NCBI GenBank assembly: GCA_041586955.1
Contig: JBFGZE010000071.1
Span: 1-18,123, forward strand
Origin: Bacteriovoracaceae bacterium
GTDB taxonomy: Bacteria; Bdellovibrionota; Bacteriovoracia; Bacteriovoracales; Bacteriovoracaceae
Direction: 5' to 3'
DNA length: 18,123 nt
Shown: one piece after another, positions 1 to 6,797 of the stretch
How the letters are laid out: each line of letters begins with the position of its first letter
Numbering within the stretch: the first letter of the stretch is position 1
Notes under the pieces: model-generated
What the model saw: the letters and a program-made list of their open reading frames with translations, nothing else
What the model was told of the DNA's origin: nothing
Databases searched by the model: none
Program-made: the position numbers and the translations under genes

Positions 1-30
1 AGTGAATAAGGCGACCCAAAAGATTTTCAT
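1..30 (-). CDS. 5' end of a gene running off the left edge (MKIFWVALFT...), possibly an exported protein
   Basis: Minus-strand ATG at 30 is preceded by purine-rich AGAGAGAGGT (complement of 31-40). The frame is open to the window edge, and Lys followed by a hydrophobic run resembles a signal peptide start. Only 10 codons are visible. Confidence 0.5.
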   Translation of the reverse strand, partial: MKIFWVALFT

Positions 31-224
31 ACCTCTCTCTTCGTGACTTTTTAATAAAGACTAGGGCCCATTGGAGGCAGACGGAATTATTTGCTAGGTT
101 GAAGTGTAGTACTCGGTCTTTAAGGTAAATTTGGCCTTGAACCTATCTTAGGAATAAAGCCTTTTAAGGCCGACTAATTTTCTTGAGGCAAACAAGTGTT
201 TGGGCCTTGGAACTAAGGTATCTG

Positions 225-252
225 TTGCCTACGAATGTTAGAGTGCTAGGAT
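225..252 (+). promoter_or_regulatory. Candidate sigma70-type promoter for the bacterioferritin-like gene
   Basis: TTGCCT (225-230), 16-nt spacer, and TG-n-TAGGAT extended -10 (244-252). SD GGAGG lies at 287-291 before ATG 296. Confidence 0.4.
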
Positions 253-295
253 AGGCGCGCCATCATGATTTGAATTAAAAGAATAGGGAGGATCT

Positions 296-751
296 ATGAG
301 CATTAATGAAAAAACATATCAAAACCCAGAGGTGATTCAACTTCTTGGTGAAATTTATTGCGCTGAAATATCAGGCCTGAATCGTTATCTTCACTATTCT
401 TTTATGGTGATGGGCCATAATCGTATCCCTATTCAAAAATGGTTTCGCAATAATGCTATGGAAAGCATGAACCATGCTATTACGATGGGCGAGAAGATTA
501 CCTCTCTTGGTGGGCATCCTCCAATGGTACCGATAAGTATTCAGGAGAATAACCTCCATAATATTCAGCAATTATTAGAAGAATCCCTCCGTCATGAACA
601 AAATGCCATCAAACTTTATAAAGGTTTAAGTGTTATGGCCGCAAGTTTGGGCGATATTGCACTAGAGGAATTGGCACGTGATTTAGTTCGAGAAGAGATC
701 GAGCATGCCGATGAAGTGCGAAAGATGTTAAGAAAACCAGATTCGCCCTGA
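296..751 (+). CDS. bfr: Bacterioferritin-like protein (ferritin superfamily four-helix bundle)
   Basis: 151 aa with E24-x6-Y31, ESMNH60, LGGHP loop, HEQNAIKLY and EEIEH ferroxidase-type motifs. Good SD upstream. Confidence 0.85.
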   Translation: MSINEKTYQNPEVIQLLGEIYCAEISGLNRYLHYSFMVMGHNRIPIQKWFRNNAMESMNHAITMGEKITSLGGHPPMVPISIQENNLHNIQQLLEESLRHEQNAIKLYKGLSVMAASLGDIALEELARDLVREEIEHADEVRKMLRKPDSP

Positions 752-757
752 TTAACT

Positions 758-805
758 GGAGGTTACCTCCTGGAAGGCCGAGGCCTCGCTTCGGCAATTC
801 ACATT
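758..805 (+). terminator. Tandem hairpins after bfr; possible weak terminator or mRNA-stabilising structure
   Basis: GGAGG-TTA-CCTCC (758-770) and GCCGAGGC-CTC-GCTTCGGC (777-795, one G:U pair). There is no strong U-tract immediately after. Confidence 0.35.
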
Positions 806-894
806 TTCATGACTTGGATCGGTCATGGTTAGGTCATATTCCCCTCGAGTTTTTAAGAAATCTTAATAATTCACTAATCTTCTCAAGTTAAAGA

Positions 895-2376
895 ATGGAT
901 TTAACGATAAGGAGGTATAGTTTCTTAAACATAAGTGAGGAAGATATGAAAAAAGCGCAAAAGTTGCAGCATGAAGACTTTCTAATTGAGGGTGAAAAAC
1001 GCCTCCATTTTGTCAGGCAAGACCGCCATGAGACTAAAACCGGTGAGTACTTCCTTGAATATAATAATAAAAAATACCCCATCTTAGACTATAGTTATTT
1101 TGGTATAAGCTTTGAATCAGATGTTGATATCGATCAAGAGAAAAAATTAGATAAGGTAATCTTCTCTAATGCCAATAAAACCTTTGGCGAATTTCACGCT
1201 ACTGTCAAGCGAAGTGAAAAGAGGGGGGGGAAATATAAAATTGCTCTGGAACTGAATGAAGGATTTCTTCCGGTTGATTCATTGATCGCAGATCAAGAAG
1301 CGCAAGATATTCTCGATGACCATAGTCAATACCGACAATTTATTGGTGATATTCCTGTTGAACTTAAGTCTGCCGTCTATGAAATTAAGGATGTCATTAC
1401 AAATCTCAAAGATAAAATCGATAATTTAGAAAAAAATAAAATGTTTTACTCTGAAGATGATATGAAAGCATTTGAGGAGTCGGTAAGTTGTAAAATACAA
1501 TCTTATTTAAGTGAATATTTCGATCCTTTCTATGATCAATTGGTTGCCTTTTCACAAAAGATACCCAAAGATGCTCAAGAGAAAATGTATCAATTTTTTA
1601 GAGATCAATTAAAACCAATACTTTATTTATCACCTTTTGCCCATCGCTCTTATTATAAGCCATCTGGTTATGCCGGCGATTATGAGATGATGAATATTCT
1701 TTATAATGATGAGGCGGTGGGAACATCATTATTTGCTAAAGGGATTAACAAATATTTTGTGAATCATCCTAACGCAAAGGCGGTTCGCAATCGCTCCCAA
1801 TACCTCTACCGTTTCTTAACAAACCATATTGAAAAGAACCCGGGAAAAACGTTGAGCTTCTTATCTGTCGCCTCAGGCCCGGCGAAAGAAATTCAATTAA
1901 TTCTCTCCCAATTGCCCGTTGAGCTTTGCAATACTTTAGAGATTAATTTATTAGATCAAGACCTGAATTCTTTAAAGTTTGCCCAAAAAGAAATTAACCG
2001 TATTATTCGTGAAAGAAACCTTAAAACTAAGGTAAATTATCTCAATCAATCCATTAAAAATGTGATTATTGAGGGACTTTCCGGTTCTTATGATGTTGTC
2101 TATTCTGCTGGGCTTTTTGATTATTTCTCTGACGATGTAGCGAGAGAAGCGGCCATGCGTATGTATGCGGCGGTTAAATCTGGTGGTGAATTAAATATTG
2201 GGAACTTTTGTTTACAACCGTCATCAGCAGCTTTGATGATGTATACACTCGATTGGTATTTAATCTATCGCTCCGAAGAAAGACTCACTAATATTTATTC
2301 TCCTATTTGTTCTCAATTGCGTATCGATAGCGAAGAAATGGGCGTTAATCTTTTTGTGGTCTTCCAAAAGGATTAG
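895..2376 (+). CDS. PhcB-like class I SAM-dependent methyltransferase (3-hydroxy fatty acid methyl ester signal-synthase-like) with N-terminal PilZ-like domain; probable true start ATG 946
   Basis: Motifs SPFAHRSYYKPSGYAGDYEMMNILY, AVRNR, motif I SVASGPAKE, LLDQD, YDVVYSAGLFDY, GGELNIGNF and LDWYLIYRS match my recollection of the PhcB family. The N-terminus has RQDR and DYSYFG (DxSxxG). GAGG lies 5 nt before ATG 946. The methyltransferase fold is secure; the subfamily is less so. Confidence 0.75.
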   Translation: MDLTIRRYSFLNISEEDMKKAQKLQHEDFLIEGEKRLHFVRQDRHETKTGEYFLEYNNKKYPILDYSYFGISFESDVDIDQEKKLDKVIFSNANKTFGEFHATVKRSEKRGGKYKIALELNEGFLPVDSLIADQEAQDILDDHSQYRQFIGDIPVELKSAVYEIKDVITNLKDKIDNLEKNKMFYSEDDMKAFEESVSCKIQSYLSEYFDPFYDQLVAFSQKIPKDAQEKMYQFFRDQLKPILYLSPFAHRSYYKPSGYAGDYEMMNILYNDEAVGTSLFAKGINKYFVNHPNAKAVRNRSQYLYRFLTNHIEKNPGKTLSFLSVASGPAKEIQLILSQLPVELCNTLEINLLDQDLNSLKFAQKEINRIIRERNLKTKVNYLNQSIKNVIIEGLSGSYDVVYSAGLFDYFSDDVAREAAMRMYAAVKSGGELNIGNFCLQPSSAALMMYTLDWYLIYRSEERLTNIYSPICSQLRIDSEEMGVNLFVVFQKD

Positions 2377-2382
2377 ATCACC

Positions 2383-3840
2383 ATGAGTGATGAGGCCTTG
2401 GCCACTTCGGTCGCTGATATTCGCCATAGGGAACGTCTTAACGAATTAAAGACTTTCCTGCGCATTTGTAGCGGTGGGTTGTCGATGCCTCTTTTCCTGT
2501 TGTTTTTTATTGCCGACATCTTCTATGCTCCAGAACAAAAGTGGACTTTCCTTGGATTAAGGCTTTTGATGATTCCGGTCTGCCTTTTGACCTCTACCAT
2601 GGTGAAAAAAAGCAAAGACGATCAACATATTCAGAAAGTGGGAACTTTTTATACCGCCTTTAATAGTTTTATTATTACCTATATGATTTTTGCAACAGAG
2701 GGGGTGAGCTCTCCTTATTATGCAGGTCTTAATCTTGTTTCGGGGATTTTATCTTTTGTCCCTTGGACCAAAAAATTTCTCGCCATTAATTCAGCTATCG
2801 TTTATGGACCTTACTTTTTAATTGGTGCCTTTACCTTTCATATGGATCAATTGCGTCCTGCTATTATCAATTTATTTTTTATGGCGGGGACATTTATTGT
2901 CTGTTTTGTCATACGGCATTTTTCAGAAAAATTACGTGAACAAGATGCCTCGAGTAAATTCTTATTACAGCAAGAAATGCAAAATCGCGGCAAGATTATC
3001 GAAAGACAGACTCAAGAGGCGGTGCAATTAAAAGACCTAACGAAACAATTTAGCCCGCAGATCGTCCATGCCATTCAAAATGGTAATTTAGACATTTGGA
3101 AACCAATTCAAGAGACCCATATTTGTGCCATCTTTATTGATATCGTTAACTCAACTGAAAAAGTGGTGAATATTGATAAGGTTAAATTACAAAAAGTGAT
3201 TTCTCTTTTTATCCACGATACCATGTCCATTCTTTTAAAATACGACATCACTCTCGATAAATTTATGGGGGATGGGATCTTGGCCTTCTCCAATAATCCA
3301 ATGAAGCAATCCAATTATATTACTCGTGTGCTACGGGCCGCGACTGAGATTATCGATAGAATTGAGGAAAATCGCAGTCATTATTTAGAGCATTGGGGCA
3401 GTGAATTTCAAATTAAAATTGGTGTCGCTGAGGGAATTGCGAATGTCGGTTTTTATGGGGAAGATAAAACGCTGAAAAGTTATACCGCTATTGGCAAAGT
3501 GATTAATTTGGCCTGTCGTCTCTGTAGTGCTGCCGAAGATAATGGTATTTTTATTTCGGAGAGTGTTCAGGAAAAAATGGACCATAAAATTTTTATGTCT
3601 CGCTCAATGGGGAAAACGCAGTTGAAAGGTTTTGCCGAGGATGGTGTTAATGTTTTTCAAATCGTGAAAGATAATAGCACCCGCAGTGAAACCACGGTTC
3701 ATAATTGTCCTGATGGCCATGGTATTTTGCATTTGGACGTCAGCGATGCGGGGATTTTCATTTTTAAATGCCGCTCCTGTGATTACATCCTTAATAATTC
3801 CTCAGACAATGATGATAATAACTCATCTCTCGCGGCCTAG
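2383..3840 (+). CDS. Membrane-bound class III adenylyl cyclase: 6-TM sensor/anchor, helical linker, catalytic domain, C-terminal Zn-ribbon-like tail
   Basis: Six hydrophobic segments lie in aa ~25-180. Catalytic motifs are FIDIVNST (metal Asp), DKFMGDG (substrate Lys, second Asp), IKIGV, YTAIGKVINLACRL (Thr specifier, Asn-x3-Arg) and LKGF. The tail carries CPDGH...CRSC. The gene starts 6 nt after the upstream stop. Confidence 0.9.
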   Translation: MSDEALATSVADIRHRERLNELKTFLRICSGGLSMPLFLLFFIADIFYAPEQKWTFLGLRLLMIPVCLLTSTMVKKSKDDQHIQKVGTFYTAFNSFIITYMIFATEGVSSPYYAGLNLVSGILSFVPWTKKFLAINSAIVYGPYFLIGAFTFHMDQLRPAIINLFFMAGTFIVCFVIRHFSEKLREQDASSKFLLQQEMQNRGKIIERQTQEAVQLKDLTKQFSPQIVHAIQNGNLDIWKPIQETHICAIFIDIVNSTEKVVNIDKVKLQKVISLFIHDTMSILLKYDITLDKFMGDGILAFSNNPMKQSNYITRVLRAATEIIDRIEENRSHYLEHWGSEFQIKIGVAEGIANVGFYGEDKTLKSYTAIGKVINLACRLCSAAEDNGIFISESVQEKMDHKIFMSRSMGKTQLKGFAEDGVNVFQIVKDNSTRSETTVHNCPDGHGILHLDVSDAGIFIFKCRSCDYILNNSSDNDDNNSSLAA

Positions 3841-3906
3841 CTCCTTAGCGCCGTTATTAGACCTATCGGAAATGCCAGACTAAAATGGAGATAAGTTTTC
3901 TTGGAC

Positions 3907-4671
3907 TTAATCACTGAACTCTTGTGCCAATTGATGATAATTGCGGAAAGATTCTTTCTCATTGGTGAAAAAATTAAATTTGAAGATACACCAAAAGGCC
4001 GAGACACCGTCTTTCCAGCCAATTTTTTTACCTTCCTGGTAACTCCGGCCATCGTAGCTAATAGGAACTTCATAGATTCTAACTCCCGGCATTTTTGCGA
4101 GCTTGGCAGTCATTTCTGGTTCAATACCAAAGCGTTTAGATGTCAGGAGCATATTGCGAATCAGATTACCGTTAAAAACTTTATAGCAAGTTTCCATATC
4201 GGTCAGATTTAAATTGGTCGCCATATTTGATAATAATGTCAAAACTTTATTTCCAATCATATGCCAGAAATAAAGGACGCGGACAACTTCACCCTTAAAG
4301 CGAGAGCCGTAAACCACATCAGCATTATTTTCAAAAAAGGGACTCAGTAGTTTATGATAGTCCTGAGGATCATATTCTAAATCGGCATCTTGAATGAGAA
4401 CAATATCTCCAGTGGAAATACTAAAACCAGCGGTAATCGCGGCACCCTTGCCCATATTTTTTTCTTGGTAATGAACGACATAATTCTTTTTGTTTTCATA
4501 ATCGGCTTGAATGAGGTTTTTACTTTGATCTGTCGAGCCGTCTTCAATGAGAATGATTTCATGATCGGTGATCTGGCCAGGAAGACTTGTGAGTGAATTC
4601 TCAACTTTTTCAGTAATCGCCTTAAGAGTTCTTTCTTCATTATAGACTGGAATGATAATACTTAATTTCAT
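3907..4671 (-). CDS. GT2 glycosyltransferase, DPM1/polyprenol-phosphate sugar synthase-like
   Basis: LSIIIPVYNEE, EDGSTD, NMGKGAA, QDADLEYDP, VVYGSRF, TDMETCYK, RFGIEPE, EVPISY and GKKIGWKDG motifs. ATG 4671 is preferred to TTG 4674. Confidence 0.9.
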   Translation of the reverse strand: MKLSIIIPVYNEERTLKAITEKVENSLTSLPGQITDHEIILIEDGSTDQSKNLIQADYENKKNYVVHYQEKNMGKGAAITAGFSISTGDIVLIQDADLEYDPQDYHKLLSPFFENNADVVYGSRFKGEVVRVLYFWHMIGNKVLTLLSNMATNLNLTDMETCYKVFNGNLIRNMLLTSKRFGIEPEMTAKLAKMPGVRIYEVPISYDGRSYQEGKKIGWKDGVSAFWCIFKFNFFTNEKESFRNYHQLAQEFSD

Positions 4672-4674
4672 CAA

Positions 4675-5358
4675 TTAATCCTTTTTAATGGCCAATGCTT
4701 CGACATTTTTACCAAAAAATGGTGAGAAAATTTTGTCGCAAATTAAAGAAATAGGGAAAATAAAGCGGTCGAATATTTTAACCGTCACCGGATTAAAGGA
4801 GCCCTGTTTATCAAGTAATTTAAAAAGATAAGCGGCGAGAAATCCCATGGAGTCGACATAGCGGCAAAAATTAATTTGAAAACCGGCCTTTTTTAATTTC
4901 TGAATGATCTCTTCTTTATGGTAGCGGCGATAATGGCCCACTGATTTATCAAAAGAGCTATAAAGAATATTAAACGCTGGTAGGAATAAATAAATCTTGC
5001 CTTCCTTCGGCAAAAAATTATAGAGGTCCTTTAGTACCTGCTGATCGTCTTCAATATGCTCAAGGACGTTGAGAGAATATATTTGGGAATGTCCGCTTTC
5101 ATCGAGCTCATTGATACTTTGATAAACCCGATATCCTTTTTCCTTAAGGGCGCTCGATAAAGTTTGATCAATCTCAATGCAGTCAATATTAAAGCCCTGG
5201 CCTTTGAGGGAGTCGGCAAAAGTGCCAATTCCTGCACCAAAGTCGAGCAATTGATTGTTCTGTGAGAAGGTGTTGCCAACTCTTTGGGTGAGATGTCGGT
5301 TATAATTTTTTGCATACTTGAGAATTTCTAACTCATTGATGCCCGAGTAATGATCCAT
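4675..5358 (-). CDS. Class I SAM-dependent methyltransferase, co-transcribed with the DPM1-like GT2
   Basis: LLDFGAGIG motif I, CIEID, SLNVLEHIEDD and FDKSVGHYRRY motifs. Its stop lies 3 nt before the GT2 ATG. Confidence 0.88.
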   Translation of the reverse strand: MDHYSGINELEILKYAKNYNRHLTQRVGNTFSQNNQLLDFGAGIGTFADSLKGQGFNIDCIEIDQTLSSALKEKGYRVYQSINELDESGHSQIYSLNVLEHIEDDQQVLKDLYNFLPKEGKIYLFLPAFNILYSSFDKSVGHYRRYHKEEIIQKLKKAGFQINFCRYVDSMGFLAAYLFKLLDKQGSFNPVTVKIFDRFIFPISLICDKIFSPFFGKNVEALAIKKD

Positions 5359-5534
5359 ATTAAGCCTATTTTTCAGAGTGATAGCATTTTACTGAAAAGA
5401 AGAGATGTTTACAATTGATTCGGGTTTCTTGTGCCGTGCGTTTGCTTAATAAGAGATGAAAAATGAGATTTATTTCTCCTCAGTTTTAAATTTTTTCCTT
5501 AAAATAGAGAGTCGCTATTAAAGAAGGAATATAA

Positions 5535-6785
5535 ATGAGTCAAACTCAGGCCAAGGCCCTAGGCCTTTTCATTATTTTTATTGGTATTATTGCTCGCTTG
5601 ATTTGGCCACAGGATATGCCTTGGATGGGTGATCAGATCCATAATTTCCAATTGGGAATGGAAATTAAGTCCACTGGTCATTGGCCTTTAGTCGGTATTA
5701 TGAGCGGTTCAGGCATTTCTAACCCCGGCCTTAGTGCCTGGATTTTTGGAATTTTGGCCTTTTTCTCGAATACTCCTTTAGAAATGGTTCGTCTCATTCA
5801 GATTTTAAATGTTGTCACTCTTCTTTCTATCTTTGCTTTTGTGACTAAATTTGTGAAAAGTGAGGAACGTGAAAATTGGTATTTTGGCCTCTTACTCTAT
5901 GCAATTAGTCCTCTTGCCGTATTATTTTCAAAGGGGATTTGGTCTGTTGATATGTACTCTCTTTTTAGCTTTTGCCTAATCTTTTCCTTTTGGTTTCGGG
6001 ATAATAAATGGGGTGCATTTTTATGGGGACTTTTTGGTGCTTTGAGTGGTCAAGTTCATCTGAGTGGTTTCTTTTTTGCTTTTGGATTTGTCTTTTTTGC
6101 ACTGGTTTCGGATTTTTTATCGAAAAAATATCATCATTGGCAATGGTGGGTTGGTGGCAGCATTTTAGGGACATTGCCAATGCTTCCGTGGATTAAGTTT
6201 GCCTTTTTAAATCAATTATCAAAGGGGGAGTCAGCTTCCTGGGTTCTCCTTAAAAATATCTATCGGTTTCGTTTTCAAAAATACTTCCTGAAAGATGGCT
6301 TCGGTTTTAATTTAGATTTCCAATTTGGACGTCTGATGAATGAATTTTTAGAAGGGCCGATTATATTGGGACAAAAAACTCATCTCAACTTCATTTCTCA
6401 TTATTTTCTTTATGGAATTTGTTTCGTATCCATTGGCCTTTTTCTCTACAATCATAGACAGGGATTCGCTGGAAAGCTTAAAAAGATTCTTCTCAATTGG
6501 AAATCTCTAGATTTCCTTTTACTCTCTTCATTTTTATGTGCCGGTATTGTGATGGTGGCGACGGGCATGAATATTTACTCGCATTATTTAATTGTATGGT
6601 ATCCCTTACAATTCCTTCTAGTTATGCGTTTGGCACGCGCAAGGTGGATGCGTTATGGGATTCTTGTTGGTAATATCATTCTTCTTTTAGGCACCTTATC
6701 TTTCATCCACGAAAGAGATCATGCAGGTGGGCATTATGGTAAAACCTATCGCTCAGAGTATCGTCAGCAAAATGGTGCGCAATAA
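5535..6785 (+). CDS. Polytopic membrane protein, GT-C (ArnT/PMT-like) glycosyltransferase
   Basis: One N-terminal TM helix is followed by a loop with an acidic residue (WMGDQ, WPLVG..NPG), then many TM segments (AISPLAVLFSKGIW, QVHLSG). SD AAGGA upstream. Confidence 0.65.
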   Translation: MSQTQAKALGLFIIFIGIIARLIWPQDMPWMGDQIHNFQLGMEIKSTGHWPLVGIMSGSGISNPGLSAWIFGILAFFSNTPLEMVRLIQILNVVTLLSIFAFVTKFVKSEERENWYFGLLLYAISPLAVLFSKGIWSVDMYSLFSFCLIFSFWFRDNKWGAFLWGLFGALSGQVHLSGFFFAFGFVFFALVSDFLSKKYHHWQWWVGGSILGTLPMLPWIKFAFLNQLSKGESASWVLLKNIYRFRFQKYFLKDGFGFNLDFQFGRLMNEFLEGPIILGQKTHLNFISHYFLYGICFVSIGLFLYNHRQGFAGKLKKILLNWKSLDFLLLSSFLCAGIVMVATGMNIYSHYLIVWYPLQFLLVMRLARARWMRYGILVGNIILLLGTLSFIHERDHAGGHYGKTYRSEYRQQNGAQ

Positions 6786-6797
6786 GTAGAATTGAGT

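Noticed and set aside
110..220. Recurrent CCTT/AAGG short inverted motifs in the left intergenic region (CRISPR-like or operator array?)
   Set aside because: The units are short, inexact and irregularly spaced, and similar words occur throughout the window.
895..2376. Methyltransferase as a DNA methylase or CheR
   Set aside because: No DPPY/NPPY or PC catalytic motif, no CheR signature, and no restriction or chemotaxis genes nearby.
2383..3840. Cyclase as a Pycsar/CBASS-type anti-phage nucleotide cyclase, or as a guanylyl cyclase
   Set aside because: It has the Lys/Thr specificity pair of bacterial adenylyl cyclases and a 6-TM sensor. No cNMP-binding TIR/TM effector gene is adjacent.
5430..5447. 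Possible sigma54 -24/-12 promoter (TGTGCCGTGCGTTTGCT)
   Set aside because: It lacks the invariant GG at the required distance from the GC.
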